Origin: Gordius albopunctatus | Taxonomy: Eukaryota | Assembly (NCBI GenBank): GCA_964276515.1 | Contig: OZ193910.1 | Coordinates: forward strand, 3,720,001-3,784,000 | DNA: 64,000 nucleotides | Direction of reading: 5' to 3' | In this document: one piece after another, positions 1 through 13,282 of the stretch | How the letters are laid out: every line of letters starts with the position of its first letter | Position numbering within the stretch: the stretch's first letter is position 1 | Made by a program: the position numbers and the translations under genes | Notes under the pieces: generated by a model | Database searches by the model: none | Seen by the model: the letters and a program-made list of their open reading frames with translations, nothing else | What the model was told of the DNA's origin: nothing

Positions 1-125
1 AATCTGACCAAATTTGGTGGCAATCGGTCGAGAACTTTAGGAGTTTTTAGAGGCCGAAGAAAATGGAGTTACATTTATATATATATAGACTAGCTGTGCC
101 CGGCCAAGCGTTGCTTTGGCTTAGG
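1..125 (-). mobile_element. Helitron head-to-tail junction (3' end of one unit abutting 5' end of the next)
   Basis: Minus strand reads hairpin GCCAAAGCAACGCTTGGC, then CGGGCACAG-CTAG (90-93), immediately followed by TCTATATATAT... (5' TC end at 89). A homologous junction is at 27295-27475. Confidence 0.65.
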
Positions 126-235
126 TTTTAATAAGCAAAATTAAATTATTGCGTATTAATAGGAAATATATGGAAGAGTTTGGGTTATCTGATGTAAAAA
201 ATATTTTTTTAAAGCAAGAAACGTGGGGATGTTTC

Positions 236-817
236 TATGGCATATGCCGAAATTAACCTAATATATTCTATCCTTGATAAATCATCCTTATAATATTAAA
301 TTCTATTAATGCCTACACACGGGCTGCCATCAATCACGAAGAAGATATGTTAATTTTCCAACAACTATACGTTATTTATATAAAGATACCCTATATTGGA
401 TAATTATTATCGATTTTTGATATTATCGATTATTATGCATCACATAGCAATAATATTATTATTTGTTTTCTGTTACTGAATAAAGTATTAGAAAAAATGT
501 AACTGATAAAAAGTTAATATAGATAGTCGCGGAACTAACTCGCGTATTCGCGGGACTATTATACGCGAAAATTCAAAGCTAAAAAATAAGTATTACGCGT
601 AACGCTGGAAAAAATTAATTGGTATTTGACAATTCGGTAGTTTTAAAAGCATAATTACAAGATCCCTTAAACTTATATAAATTATATGATTATTATTATT
701 CATTTAGTCAATTATACTCCAATATAATTCTATAATATTTCCAGTTTATTTTTATGATAATTTTCCCGTCAGTACAACAAAAAAAATTATGTGTGTTTCA
801 ATATCGTACATCCAACA
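236..817 (+). repeat. Degenerate solo-LTR-like copy of the TGTGGCATATG family
   Basis: Start matches the LTR copies at 1206(-), 2568/2640(+) and 27044(-). The 707-813 segment matches 26855-26960 in reverse complement. Confidence 0.55.
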
Positions 818-920
818 TAACATATATTTTGTTGGGGTGGAGCGGTTGGGGTGCATTGAAAGATTGAGGATTAAGGATTTACACTTCCCCAGTGTAAATA
901 TTCTTATCAAGATTCTAAAA

Positions 921-2929
921 ATACATTCATGATGACCTCGATATTTAATTTATGGTTTTCTTTTTACAATAACGAGTATTATTTTGACATAATAAATTTT
1001 CTTTTAATATCTTCTGGATCTTCAACATATTCTTTGATTGATGATACATGTTTGTTGTTGGTGATTACGAAAATAGCTTTTAACTAGAGTGGAATGAGGT
1101 TAATATGGTAACGCGTGTGTAGGAATTAATAGAGTTAATAGTGTTTAACATTAAGGATGATTTATCAAAGATCAAATAAATTAGATTTATTTGGGCATAT
1201 GCCACACCTCCTCTTTTTAACAGCTGATCACTGCCCTTTGAAAAATAGGTGCGGACACGCTTAAACCAAAAGGTTTATCCGTGTTGATTGTTAACAAATT
1301 AGCCGAATTTTCATCTACGCGAAGTTGAAGATAAGCATTAGCCAAATCAAGCTTTGAAAAGTACTTACTACCTTTCAGGTTAGCTAAAACCATTTCTAAT
1401 ATAGGCAAAGGATATTTAACATCAATTACACATTTATTAATTGTTACGCGATAATCCGCGCAAACCCTAATAGTATCATCACTCTTTTAACTGGCACAAG
1501 GGGAGTGGCCCATTCCGAAAATTCGATTGGTTCTATTATGTCATCTTTAAGCCACTTATCTAAAACTTGGTGCACTTCCTCTTTCCACATTAATGGAATG
1601 CATCTAGCCGGACAAAAACGTGGTACAGCATTAGAATCAACACTTATCGAAAACATAACATTATTTAAACAACCCAATTCTTCATTAAAAATTTCGTTAT
1701 ATTTATTCTTAATGTTATTAATTTTAATATGCCATAATTCAAATTTATGCCTATAGCTCTTGCGATGGTTTACGGTTTAAAACGTTATCGAGAATATTTA
1801 ATTGGTAAATCTTTTACTTTGTATACCTATCATAAGCCATTGGTAGCTTTATTTGATAAAATTAATACAGAATTTTTAATGTCGCCTCGACTACAGAGAT
1901 GATTATTAACTCTTGGTAATTTTTCATTAACTTTAAAATATCGAGAAGGTAAAAGTAATAATTTGGCTGATGTGTTATCACGAATGAGTGGGAATAATAT
2001 AACTAAGGAGATATCTGTTACCAATAATAATGTTGTTAATGTAATAAAAGTCATTGATCTTGACGATATTGTCAAAAGTACAGAAAATAATGCTGAAGAT
2101 ATTAAACAAATTATTACAGGTCTTAAAATTTAAAATGTTCCTGTAGATTTTCAACACCTAATTAAAGAACTATATATTGAAGATAATTTGGTTAAACGCA
2201 ATGATAAGTTGGTCATTCCTTTTGAATTGCGTAATCACGTTTTAAATATTTTGCATGAAGGGCATGCAGGCATAGTAAAAATGAAGGAGCTCGCTAGACT
2301 ATATATCTGGTGGCCCAAGATTACAGGGGATGTTGAAATCTATGTTCGGCAATGTGCTATGTGTATATTAAAAGCAGCCATGCCACTTAGGAATAAGAAG
2401 GCTAGATGGCCTCGTGCAGATGGTCCCTGGAGTAGAATTCATGTTGATTTTTTTGAATTTAATAAACAGAGATATATATTAATGGTAGATGCATATTCAG
2501 GTTGGACTGAATTTAAAGTAATACATAATATATCTACAAAGGTTACTGTAATGTTTTTAAAAGAATTTGTGGCATATACCGATATTAATCTAATTTATTC
2601 TATCCTTGATAGATCATCCTTAATGTTAAATTCTATTAATGTGGCATATGCCGAAATTAATCTAATTTATTTGATCTTTGATAAATCATCCTTAATGTTA
2701 AACTCTATTAACTCTATTAATTCCTACACACGCGCTACCATAATAACCTCATTCCGCTCTAGTTAAAAGCTATTTTCGTAATCACCAACAACACACATGT
2801 ATCATCAATCAAAGAATATGTTGAAGATCCAGAAGATATTTTATTTAAAGAAAATTCATTATGTCAAAATAATACTCGTTATTGTAAAAAGAAAACCATA
2901 AATTAAATATCGAGGTCATCATGAATGTA
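921..2929. mobile_element. Rearranged Ty3/Gypsy (Mag/K02A2.6-like) relic with inverted LTR arms
   Basis: 921-1206 is the reverse complement of 2640-2929. The minus arm has RT remnants (EWATPLVPVK; FSKLDLANAYLQL; PFGLS) and PPT AAAAAGAGGAGG before TGTGGCATATG. The plus arm has RNaseH/integrase remnants (HKPL; LHEGHAGIVKMK; WSRIHVDFF). Confidence 0.8.
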
Positions 2930-3059
2930 AAACAAAATACGTGTTATATTTTTTTTTGAATTGACATGTTCTATTAAATAAAAAGTATTAAATATTGAGT
3001 GGAATTGTTAAAAAGATACAAGAACAAAGACATTTATAAAAAAATGATTAAAACACATT

Positions 3060-3531
3060 ATCCGTATCTTCATCTTTGAGAATGGACATTGAATCCATCA
3101 AATAATAAAAATTAGATTTAGCGATCGCGATGGCAATTGATTGTCGTAGTAAAAAACTATTCGATATTTTACAAGAGGGCGAGCGTTTATTGAGTTCTTT
3201 AAAAAATTAATGCACTCTTCCCATACGTCCCTGAGCACGATGAGACGATAGGAATAAAAATCGAGGCTTGGGATAAAGCTGAATATTTTAAGGATTTCCG
3301 ATACTCTGTCGATCCTAGGGGGTCGTGAGTATCGTTGGAGGGGGCAAATAGGTTAATACAGGTGTAGTCCCATTTTAGTAAAAGGCCTTTGTCCCATGGG
3401 ATAAGTGACGAACCATCCGGACGCATCCGCCCTTCGAGAGAGTGATCTGAAGGTTCAAGGATCGAAGGAATTTTTGCCCGTTTGAGGGCAGCTAAAAAGA
3501 GAGGTTTTTGTCTAAAATTTTTTTGAGGCAT
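3060..3531 (-). mobile_element. CRE-like non-LTR retrotransposon 3' fragment (restriction-like endonuclease)
   Basis: IPSILEPS...RPDG...PWDKG...WDYTC motif, homologous to 10866-11609 and 46200-46960. Confidence 0.75.
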
Positions 3532-3554
3532 TCAGGGCCCCCTATAGGTGCGCC

Positions 3555-4830
3555 TAGGGATGGATATTTTCCCGGGAAATTTGTTTAAGGGAAAATTCCC
3601 GGGAAAAAACGGGAAATAATGGGGAAAAAACGGGAATTAACGGGAAAAAACAAGAAATTAAGTAGAAAAAACGAGCAATATAGATAAATTAGTATAAAAA
3701 AATGTTAATGAGTATGATTAAGACTAATTAAATTTATTTGTAGAACAATATAAAGAAGCAAATACAAGCATATCATAAGTAAATATAAATCATAGTCATA
3801 AATTTTCAATATCAGAATCTTCGATGAGTAAAGACATTGACTCATCAGAAGATGTTACCAAATCATTTTAATCTTGTCAAATTGTTTATTCAAGAATGGA
3901 CCTCCTATTGCTTTTCTGGAAGGGGGTTTGTAAGGTTTTCTAAATTTGAAAAATTCCTTCCAATATAAATTCATGGTAATATTAAATGAACAGTTAGACA
4001 TGAAAATAACCAAGCTAACCTTTCATCTAATTTTTGTTGCTGAGATTGAGTCATGCATCAAAGTATTGTATAATATTGGATGTTGATTGTTTTGGGTCAC
4101 ATAAAGCAGATGTTTGTTGTATAGGGCATTTTTCAGGCATTACCTCACAAATTGATGATTGTGGAGAGGGGGACATTAAAAATAGTTCTTGACAATTTTT
4201 TTTCCTTAAAAAATCTGGGAATTTAGCTATATGACTTGTCACTTTAGTCGAGTTTCTACATAAATATTTCAAGTTGCAATAATTGCAAACAGCTATAAAA
4301 GCTTTCTTATTTAATGATAAATGTTTGGAAAAATGTTTACAAATATCAGATGTTTTTCTTGGCATCTATTAGTTAAAGAAACCATGTTTAATTACTTTAA
4401 ATTTTAATGATTATTGTTTTCAAAAAAGTATAGATTATTTTTACCAAAATAAAATTGTATATGAATTGAGTTAAATAATATGGCACAAATCCCAAAACAA
4501 ATGTGGCTAAATTCTTATTAAAACATTGAAGTTTAAATTTACTTGATTTATATATAACAATTAATTCTAATATTAAAAAACTATGCTTACATAAATAAAA
4601 TATATATTTAACATTACTTGATTTGAAGTTAGTAAAAATACTAAATTGTTTATTTTATAGATTTAACAAATTAAATGCGATTCTTATATAAGTATATTGT
4701 AAAGGTTGCACCAAAATCAATTCTTGAATTGATTAAAAGTAATAATCTTAAACATTTGTGCACTAAATGGTTCATTTTATAGATTTATCAAATTAAATGT
4801 GATTCTTATATAAGTATATTGTAAAGGTTG
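3555..4830 (-). mobile_element. hAT-type DNA transposon relic with BED zinc finger
   Basis: TAGGGATG terminus with CGGGAA subterminal repeats at 3555-3650. ORF 4051-4365 has a BED-like pattern (KHF...AVCNYC...SHIAK). Right boundary is uncertain. Confidence 0.55.
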
Positions 4831-5261
4831 CACCCAAATCTCGCTCTTTGATAGGGGGGGGGCAGGGGGAATGGCCCCCTCCTAAATAAAAAAAATAATT
4901 CAATACAAAAACCCTTAACTTTTATGTTTACCCCTTTCGACAAGTGAGGTTATGTAGAATAAAGTAATAATTACTTTATTGTATAATATAAATTAAATCG
5001 TTGGAAGAAAAGTAAGTGAGTAATAAGAGTTTTAAACTCCTTTTATATACTCGTGAATTAATTGAATAAATCAATCAAGTTTAGTGGTGTCTCCGCGAGG
5101 TATAAATAAATCAATTACGCGAGGTATAAATAAATCAATTTAGTGGTGTCTCCGGCAGGTATGCTTGATTGGTCAATTAACGTCGTGAAGTAGTAAGGTA
5201 ATGTAAATGAGACAATTAAGTCAATTGACGCAACAAATATTCCGCTGGGTAAAAACGGAGT

Positions 5262-8200
5262 TCATATAAAATTAAAAAATTTTTTTGGCCAATGAACTTG
5301 TCGGCCAGACTTGGTAATGGTTGTTTTGGGAAGTGGTGCGCTAGGTTTTGTGGAAGATTTTGTAGAAGAAACAATGGTAGATTGGTTTGAATTTTGGGTC
5401 GTTGAGTGATTGTTTGGTTTGGGTGCATTTGGGTCAACTGCTGAATTCGGGTTATCAACCTTAGGCTCGAGGAAAGCTGGCTTTAATCGATCGATTGAAA
5501 CGGTGTTTTTTTTTCCATTGTGGTCTATGACGAAATATTTAGAATGTCTTTCGATTACCTTGTAAGGACCTTCGTACGGAGGGACTAAAGCTTTCCGAAG
5601 CCGGTCAATTCTTATAAATACGTGAGTGGCTGTAACCAAATCGTTGGTAATCTGTTGTTTGATATTTGATGGTCTGGTGGGTGTAAAACGAACGGTATCA
5701 AACTGCTCCCGAAGTCGTTGGATGTAATCAGCGGCATTTATGTCCCAATTTGAAGGTTGCAAAAAATCTCCTGGTAGTCTCAAAGAGGTGCCGTATACCA
5801 GTTCAGCGCTCGAACAGGACAAGTCTTCCTTGACGGTGCTTCGGATACCCAGGAGTACAAGGGGAATTCGATCAGACCAATTGGTAGTGTCTCCTTTTGC
5901 CATAATCGAACTTTTTAGTTGTCGATGAAATCGCTCTACCATACCATTGGCTTGTGGATGGTAAGCTGTAGTGGTTATATGATGGTAACCTAATAAACTA
6001 GATAAGTGTTTAAACAGGGCGGATTGGAACTGGGGGCCTCGGTCTGTGGTTAATGTAGTGGGTACTCCGTAGGTAGCTATCCAATGCGTAAAAAATGTTC
6101 GGGCTACAGTTTCAGCTGATGCGTCGTTGATTGGTATTGCCACGGGCCACCGGGTAAAACGATCGACTGCGGTGAAAATGTAGCTGTGTCCATTAGACGG
6201 TGGCAATGGGCCCACGAGGTCCACGTGAACATGACTGAATCTTGCGTCAGGCTCCGCGAAAGTGGCTGGGACTGTGATGGTGTGTCTATTAACCTTGCAT
6301 TTTTGGCATGAAACGCACTGTTTCGTCCAATCTCGCACCTCTTTATTCATTCCAGGCCAGACGAAACGTTTGGAAATCAGTTTTAATGTTGGCCGGGAGG
6401 CTGGATGTGACAGGCCATCTAGGTGCTCAAAAACTTCGCGTCGTAGGCTCTTGGGTACTAAGGGTCGTGGAATTGTGGTGGATGTATCGCAGGTAAGGGT
6501 TAAACTCGTACCTGGAATTGAACATTGTTCCAGTTTAAGGGATCCCAGCTCTTCGGTTGAGTATTGTTCCCGTTGTTGTGACATAGCTATCCTTTCCGTT
6601 ATTGTGGTATTTGTAAGTTGTATGGCATCTATCTCTGTTCGCGAAAAAACGTCCGCCACGATATTTGTCTTTCCATTGATGAATTGGATGTCGGATGTAA
6701 ATTGTGATATGTAATCTAGCTGTCGTATTTCCCGTGGTGAGTATTTGTCAGACTTACTATTTAAAGCGTAGGTCAGAGGCTTGTGGTCTGTGTAAACCGT
6801 GAAGTCTCGGGCTTCTAAAACATGTCGATAATGTTTTATAGAGAGGTAAATAGCAAGTAATTCTCTACCAAATGTGCTGTAGCGCGTCTGAGTCGTATTT
6901 AATTTAAGCGAAAAAAATGACAAGGGGCTACTCTCTCCATTTAATGTTTGGTGCAGAACGGCGCCGATGGCGGTGTTTGACGCATCGGTTGTTAATGAGA
7001 GAGTGGCGCTCTCTACAAGGTGATTCAGGGTCGTGATCTCATCCAGCGCTTCCTTAGTCTTGTCGAATGCATCTTGTGCGTCTTGTGTTAAAACAAGGGG
7101 TCCTTTTGAGTCATTGAGCAGATCAGTTAATGGCTGTATCAGGAGTGCGCAGCTAGGTATAAAACGTCGGTAAAAATTTACCATTCCCACGAAACGACGT
7201 AGTTGTGTCATAGTGGTCGGGGTGGCGAAATTCTTGATGGCTGAGATCTTCTCCGGTATTGGCGTTAAACCTTGTGGGGAAACTTGATGTCTTAGAAAAT
7301 CCAGAGAAGAACGTCCCCATTGACACTTGTCCAGGTTGATCTTTATATCAAAATCTCTTAATCGAGTAAAAACTTGACGTAAGTGGTCTAAATGTTCACT
7401 AGTTGATGTACTTGCGATCAAAATATCGTCCAAATATGCGAAGGCGAAATTGAGACCACGGAGAGCTTGATCAATGAAGCGTTGGAATGTTTGAGCAGCA
7501 TTTCGTAAACCGAAAGGCATTCGCAAAAATTCATAAAGACCGAAAGGTGTGGTTATTGCAGTCTTTGCGATGTCCTCCAAGGCTACGGGTATTTGGTGGT
7601 AAGCTCTGACTAGATCTATTTTTGTATAGATGGTTGTGCCGGCTAGGTTGAGTGAGAAATCGTGCAGGTGTGGCAAGGGGTAACGGTCCGGTATCGTTAT
7701 AACGTTAAGGGCTCGGTAATCTCCACATGGTCGCCAATCTCCAGGAGTTTTTTTCGGAACCATGTGCAATGGAGAACTCCAGGAGCTTTCTGAGGGTTGA
7801 ATTATGCCGAGTTCGAGCATATGATTAAACTCCTGTTTGGCAATTTTTAGCTTGACAGGGTCTAAGCGTCTAGGTCTGGCATAAACGGGGGGTCCTAGTG
7901 TACGTATGTGGTGGACTACTTCGTGGCTTACGCGTGACCTGTAATTTGGAGGGGTATAAATCTCGGGGAAATCTTTTAAAACATTTTTAAAATACGGTGA
8001 ATCGATCTTTATTGCAAGTTGTAAATTGTACAAGCTCGAATCAATATATCGCCCATAAGACTTTAAAGTAGTCTTAGGGTCTAATAAACATTTGCGGCGT
8101 ATATCAACGAGGAGGTTATAATGATTTAAAAAATCAGCCCCGATGATCGGTGTCTTAAAGTCGGCGATGGTAAACACCCATTGAAAACTTCTCCGTAAGC

Positions 8201-8474
8201 TAAGGTCCAGTTCCATTGATTTCTGGCCATAGGTCAGTATAGAACTATTGTTTGCAGCTTGGAGGCGGATGTGTGAGGGGGTGAGATGGTGGTTACGTGG
8301 GGGTGGTATGACACTTAGTTCCGCGCCAGTGTCTATTAAAAAACGAAATTTCGTTAATTTATCAAAAATAAAAAATATGCGACTGATGTTATGGCCTGAA
8401 CCGGGTGTCGCGGATTCTGGCAGGCCTATGGGTTTGACGAGGAAATCGGGATATAATTGCAAGGTTGTCGGCAT
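5262..8474 (-). CDS. pol: Pol (protease-RT-RNase H-integrase), in the -1 frame relative to gag
   Basis: 1070-aa ORF with FLIDTGAE (PR), YLDD (RT), TDAS (RNase H), H..C..C and HVDLVG/TDRG/VER (integrase). Domain order is the Gypsy order. Confidence 0.95.
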   Translation of the reverse strand: MPTTLQLYPDFLVKPIGLPESATPGSGHNISRIFFIFDKLTKFRFLIDTGAELSVIPPPRNHHLTPSHIRLQAANNSSILTYGQKSMELDLSLRRSFQWVFTIADFKTPIIGADFLNHYNLLVDIRRKCLLDPKTTLKSYGRYIDSSLYNLQLAIKIDSPYFKNVLKDFPEIYTPPNYRSRVSHEVVHHIRTLGPPVYARPRRLDPVKLKIAKQEFNHMLELGIIQPSESSWSSPLHMVPKKTPGDWRPCGDYRALNVITIPDRYPLPHLHDFSLNLAGTTIYTKIDLVRAYHQIPVALEDIAKTAITTPFGLYEFLRMPFGLRNAAQTFQRFIDQALRGLNFAFAYLDDILIASTSTSEHLDHLRQVFTRLRDFDIKINLDKCQWGRSSLDFLRHQVSPQGLTPIPEKISAIKNFATPTTMTQLRRFVGMVNFYRRFIPSCALLIQPLTDLLNDSKGPLVLTQDAQDAFDKTKEALDEITTLNHLVESATLSLTTDASNTAIGAVLHQTLNGESSPLSFFSLKLNTTQTRYSTFGRELLAIYLSIKHYRHVLEARDFTVYTDHKPLTYALNSKSDKYSPREIRQLDYISQFTSDIQFINGKTNIVADVFSRTEIDAIQLTNTTITERIAMSQQREQYSTEELGSLKLEQCSIPGTSLTLTCDTSTTIPRPLVPKSLRREVFEHLDGLSHPASRPTLKLISKRFVWPGMNKEVRDWTKQCVSCQKCKVNRHTITVPATFAEPDARFSHVHVDLVGPLPPSNGHSYIFTAVDRFTRWPVAIPINDASAETVARTFFTHWIATYGVPTTLTTDRGPQFQSALFKHLSSLLGYHHITTTAYHPQANGMVERFHRQLKSSIMAKGDTTNWSDRIPLVLLGIRSTVKEDLSCSSAELVYGTSLRLPGDFLQPSNWDINAADYIQRLREQFDTVRFTPTRPSNIKQQITNDLVTATHVFIRIDRLRKALVPPYEGPYKVIERHSKYFVIDHNGKKNTVSIDRLKPAFLEPKVDNPNSAVDPNAPKPNNHSTTQNSNQSTIVSSTKSSTKPSAPLPKTTITKSGRQVHWPKKFFNFI

Positions 8475-9244
8475 TTCGTGGCCTTTTCCTTATATCTTTG
8501 GTGATACCAACACCAATCCTGGGGAACGTCTGCGTGGGGTTGAAATGGGGATCGAAATCGCCTTGATGTAGACCTACTTCTCGACCGAAAACGATTTTTT
8601 TGACTGACCTCTTGCCGTAATGTCTCGATGCTCACGCTCAGTCTATTGACCATGTCTCTGAGCGTCTCAATATCGTTGCGGGATCTCTGTGTGGCAGGGA
8701 CGACGTTGGATATTTGCGGCGTATGGTACGTTTCCGCGATTTTATCAGCTGTTTCAGCTAGCTTGACTAACGTCTGGTCACTTGCACAGATCGCCAAGAT
8801 GCTGGCCATGTTGTTGTCCAGTTTTTCCAACCACAGTTGTTTTAAAAGGATGTCGTCCATTTTGGCGGTACCCAGGAGGCTTTTCATGTGTCTATAGAGT
8901 TGTGAGGGTGTACGATCGCCCAATTCCACGTTGGACAGTAGGTCGTGGAATCGTGCTGAGTCCGATTTTGTTGTGCGGTCGATGATAGCTGACCGGATGG
9001 TAGTGTACGGGGCCTCAGCCGGTAGATTCTCCAAGTAATCTTGGATCTCTATTGTGACTTCTTGTGGGAGGCATTCAATCACGTATCCAAGTTTGCTAGA
9101 CTCAGATGTTATTCGTCGAATCGTGAAAAGGGCCTCTATCTGGACAAACCATAAGCGGGGATTTATACGATTGAAGGGGGGCAATTTGAAAAACATAGCG
9201 TTTTCCGATTTAATTTGGACGTCATCAACTTGGTTGGTATCCAT
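8426..9244 (-). CDS. gag: Gag of Gypsy element
   Basis: 272 aa. KLPPF...[11 protein letters not shown]-terminus, LGDRTPSQL, and C-terminal WCWYH...C..PC motif. Confidence 0.9.
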   Translation of the reverse strand: MDTNQVDDVQIKSENAMFFKLPPFNRINPRLWFVQIEALFTIRRITSESSKLGYVIECLPQEVTIEIQDYLENLPAEAPYTTIRSAIIDRTTKSDSARFHDLLSNVELGDRTPSQLYRHMKSLLGTAKMDDILLKQLWLEKLDNNMASILAICASDQTLVKLAETADKIAETYHTPQISNVVPATQRSRNDIETLRDMVNRLSVSIETLRQEVSQKNRFRSRSRSTSRRFRSPFQPHADVPQDWCWYHQRYKEKATKCRQPCNYIPISSSNP

Positions 9245-9839
9245 TTACAAGGTTGCGTATAACAAGGGTTGGGTAAGGGTAGGGTAGAAGGAGGCGTATA
9301 ACAAGAGTGGGTCACCACTTTCGACAAGTGAGGTTATGTAGAATAAAGTAATAATTACTTTATTGTATAATATAAATTAAATCGTTGGAAGAAAAGTAAG
9401 TGAGTAATAAGAGTTTTAAACTCCTTTTATATACTCGTGAATTAATTGAATAAATCAATCAAGTTTAGTGGTGTCTCCGCGAGGTATAAATAAATCAATT
9501 TAGTGGTGTCTCCGCCAGGTATGCTTGATTGGTCAATTAACGTCGTGAAGTAGTAAGGTAATGTAAATGAGACAATTAAGTCAATTGACGCAACACCCCC
9601 CCCCCTAATCCAAAACCTGGATACGCTCATGCCGCACGCTTATTTTTTGTGTATCTTTAAATTTTTTACCAAAATTAATTAATATTTAGTATCGTATGAG
9701 GGGATATTTATTTTTTATTGATAAGCAAGGTACAAAATCGAGTCATAAAATTTACAATAGTTTAATGGAAAAAATTTAATAACGATTTCCGTTTATGAGT
9801 TATGTTTGCTTTACGAAACAAAGTCGACAACTCGGTATT

Positions 9840-10150
9840 TGAGTGTCTTACTATCTTTCGCACAAGAAAGTGGGTTAAAACTGTAACTAGATTACGCAAA
9901 GATATTGATGCATGTAAGGTCCCAAGTTAGGAAGCTCCGTCGGGACGCATCCTATCTTTAATACAATGATCAACGAGGATGGACTTATGGCGACTTTTAT
10001 TAAAAATGGGGCCGTACAGGGGTTCAGCACTATTAATTTGGGTGACATAAATTCCACTGTTCGGCTCCGTGTTCAACCAACAAGCCCCGCAGCAAGCACT
10101 ACGATACGCTTCGATACAAGTGTCAACCAATTTTGGCGATGCGCTCAAGA
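9840..10150 (-). mobile_element. Degenerate CRE-like fragment
   Basis: WLNTEP...KSRH...RMRPDGAS, then WDLTCINIFA in another frame. Confidence 0.6.
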
Positions 10151-10865
10151 CGAAGATGACTTGTCCCTAGCTAAGTTAGCAGGGCTGAAAATTCAAGAAA
10201 AGAACATTAACAAAAAGCCGTGCAAAAGGCGTGATAAAGCGATCTCAGCACTTAACCAGCAAGCGGAGATAGATTTGGCTAACCACTTCGCCCCCGTCAT
10301 ATCACCCACTACCATGATTAATATGAACTGTGCTGAAAAGCGAGAAGTTAAATACGCTATCACGCTTATCAAGAAAAGACGCAGGAATCGTTTTGAGGAG
10401 AGGATGAAAGAGCGCGCGGTGCTACACTGGCCTTTAGCGCTCTTTTGCCTGAAAAAAAGCTTCCTCACAAGTGCTTCTGCCGCGGCAGCCATCGCTGTTT
10501 TGACGCCCCGATGTCTCTCCCTAAAGGCGACGTTCGCCCACCTTCAAGACTTATTTAAGAAATATAAATGTGAAACAAAAGGAAAAGGATGACATATATA
10601 TTACAATTGAAATCATTATTTACATATATCAATTGGATTAATAACACTGGTCAACAAATAATAGACTTGTGAAATCAACCGGCAAACTGTTTGCAGATTC
10701 TGGTAGTTTTTCACTGTGTACACAAATATGTTTTTTTACCCTGTATGTCAAGTTTTTTAGATATTCGCTCTCAGAGATGCTAAAAACAGCAATTTTAGCG
10801 AAATTATAACGTCATTAACTTGCAAATTTTAAAATGTAATTTATAATTAAAGGTATATAAGTTGA

Positions 10866-12935
10866 TTATAAATTACTATAAATATCAGGAAAACATTCAT
10901 ATATCGCGATTGAATTGTATTTACAAATGGTAATTGCAATTTTCTGCCTCATAAAAAATTCTTCACGTTTGTCGCCGGAAAACGTGGAAAGATGTTTTCC
11001 CACTTTTTTGATAAGGTTGAGGGCTTGAGGGCCAAATTTTGTTAAGGTAGTGGTCGCTATGGGACAGAAAATAATTGATGGACCTAGGTCAGAATATTTG
11101 ATAATTTTTTGAGCTTCGGCTGTCGCCAGTGGATCTTTATTTTGATTCGTTGATGCAAAAGCATCGGAGCAAGTAAAATCCCAGGCCAAGCTAAGTCCAT
11201 TTTCCCAAGGAGACAGCGTTTGGCCATCAGGCCTCTTACTATCTCCACAAAGACCTGATGGTTCAAGGATGGATGGAAAGCCAGCTTTATTCATGTAGTT
11301 ATGAATAACTTTATTGACGGCAGCGTGGCGTAAATATCTTGCCTTATTGCGATTGCAATGGAGGCTATGGTGGCCCTTCGGTCGAACAGGAGATTTGCAT
11401 AATGAGCAGATGTGCTCTGCAACAATATTACAACCTAGTCTGAGGCCTATAGATATCCGGAATTCATTATCGGAAAAAAGAAGGCTAAGGTTTCGGCTAG
11501 GAAGAGCCTCCAACCATTCGCGACCAGTCCAAGAAGTTAAACTTCTCAGTGCCGGAAGGACCTCTGCCGAAGCGCCATTGATTAAAGATCGTAAGGAGCA
11601 CTCTGACAAAGGGCCATACCGAGACTTTTGTGTGTTTACTTCGGGGAAGGGAGTGCCGACGATGTCGCTCCACTGTTGAAAGGCAACATCAAGGAGGTTG
11701 TCACGTTGTGTGGTTAGTGCTGAGATGAGGCTATCATTGGACAGACGACTGGATAAAAATGCTGCTAGGGAGATCGAGTTTATTAACCCTATGCCTAACC
11801 CCCCTAGTTTTGAGGGAAGGCTGGCCTGTTGCCAATGTCTGTCACTTAATGTGTTGTGGTTGTATATTCAAATGAGTTTAGGGTTCACGCGCTTACGCTA
11901 ATTAGATAGCTCGTGGTATCGTGACCACTAGTAGGGAGAATAATTGTGTGTGGATAAAATGGAATGTATTTTGGTTATGTGAATAGACGTGCACTATTAG
12001 GGGCAGGCGTCGAGCGGTCGGCGCCCCTCATGCAAATTGAGAGGCGCATAGACTGTGATATAAGGCTGGATGTTACACTGCATGTTAATATATATATTTC
12101 TCGTTTCTCGGAGCAGTAACGGTGATCAACGATCAAGTTCCGAGAGCCCTACGGTCCCATACCTCCGCTAGATTCGTAGACGATTAAACTCACGGATAAT
12201 TATTCGCGGCCATTCACAGACTTATATTTTATTATTAACTGCTTACTAATTGATTCGTCGAGATTATAACACCCATTACGCCAATATTATTTATACAATA
12301 ATTGGTTCTAATAAAGGTTATCACAACGGGTTATTTGGTTATTTCTCCTATTAAGGTCCTTTGTTCAGTATCAAATTTGAGCAGAGCCTCGCGATGTAAA
12401 AATGTGGATGAAGATCGAAGACTGAGCATGATTTTTGGGATAGCCAAACAATTCTTTATGAGGAAAAAGGCTTGGTGAGCGAGTAGGTGTTTAAGGATAT
12501 TCCTCATATTAGATACTTTCTGAATTGTATCATTTAGGAGTTCTAAAATGGGTATGGTGCCACCTATTGGGGATCCTAAAAGAGTTAATGTTGAGGGAGA
12601 GATTAGTTTGTAGGGGGTGAGGGGAATATTGTCCGAATCTGCGTTATTGAGGGGATAAATTTCCGTTTTAGTTATGTTAAATGATAAACCGATTTCAACA
12701 GATTGAGTTTCCAGGTACTTTAGGGCTGAGATAACATCTGAAGGGGCTCCTTTAATTGTTCCATCGTCAAGGTACCATGTATTTAAAGTTAGGTTAAATT
12801 TTGAATTTAGGCTTTCAATAATGGGGTTGATACCCAGGCAGAATAACAGAGGCCCTAAAGGGTCTCCTTGTTGGATACCGTCACTAGAGTTAATAGTATG
12901 TTCATGAAATTGAAGGATGGAAACAGGTGAATAAC
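10866..12935 (-). mobile_element. 5'-truncated CRE-like non-LTR retrotransposon (RT + CCHC + RLE endonuclease)
   Basis: GIQQGDPLGPLLFCL, WYLDDGT and LLGSPIG (12336-12935). SLPSKLGGLG, WLEALP, C..C...H..HC, RPDG and LAWDFTC (10866-11855). Interrupted by an insert at about 11856-12336. Confidence 0.88.
11856..12336. mobile_element. ~480-bp insertion into the CRE ORF, probably a solo LTR
   Basis: The CRE reading frame (..GEIT / NTLSDRHWQQ..) resumes on both sides. The insert has a TATA-like run, AATAAA near its right end and TGTTGTG/CACAAC short inverted ends. Exact TSD is unresolved. Confidence 0.55.
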
Positions 12936-13282
12936 ACGTATTTTATTGGTAAAAGTTTTATTTAATAGATTTTCGCAGATAAAAGTGTGAGGAATGTATT
13001 TACAATTTTTTTTTACTTTCTTAAATTATATACAAAACTAACTTATCCCTATCTTTTTTCATTGACAAATTACCCCAGACTTGAGGTCTCCCGCCTATAA
13101 CGTATCTGGTTTATTTGTTAACATAAAAGAAACAAGTGACTATTGTTATCATAATAACACGTTTAAATAGCCATTCGATTTACAACCAATTAACAATCAA
13201 TTAACATTGCGTTTCAATTCGAACGCTCGAGGTCATGCCAATTAGGTAGATAGTATTTGCATACATTACATTACTCCCCCTT

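Larger units (their letters stand above)
4935..9595 (-). mobile_element. Full-length Ty3/Gypsy LTR retrotransposon
   Basis: LTRs at 9319-9595 (277 bp) and 4935-5235 (301 bp, with an extra 24-bp internal duplication). PBS TGGTGACCC (tRNA-Trp-like) at 9317-9309. CCCC on both flanks. gag and pol ORFs are open. Confidence 0.95.

Noticed and set aside
2568..2766. Repeated C-terminal peptide of the integrase ORF
   Set aside because: It is read-through into a tandemly duplicated LTR start.
5740..9287. Plus-strand ORFs overlapping gag/pol (and similar ones at 13839, 15112-16834, 18739, 28342)
   Set aside because: They are antisense or alternate-frame shadows of TE ORFs with no motifs.
9966..10592. 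208-aa plus-strand ORF
   Set aside because: The first third is antisense to a CRE remnant and the rest has no motif I recognise. I cannot support it as a gene.
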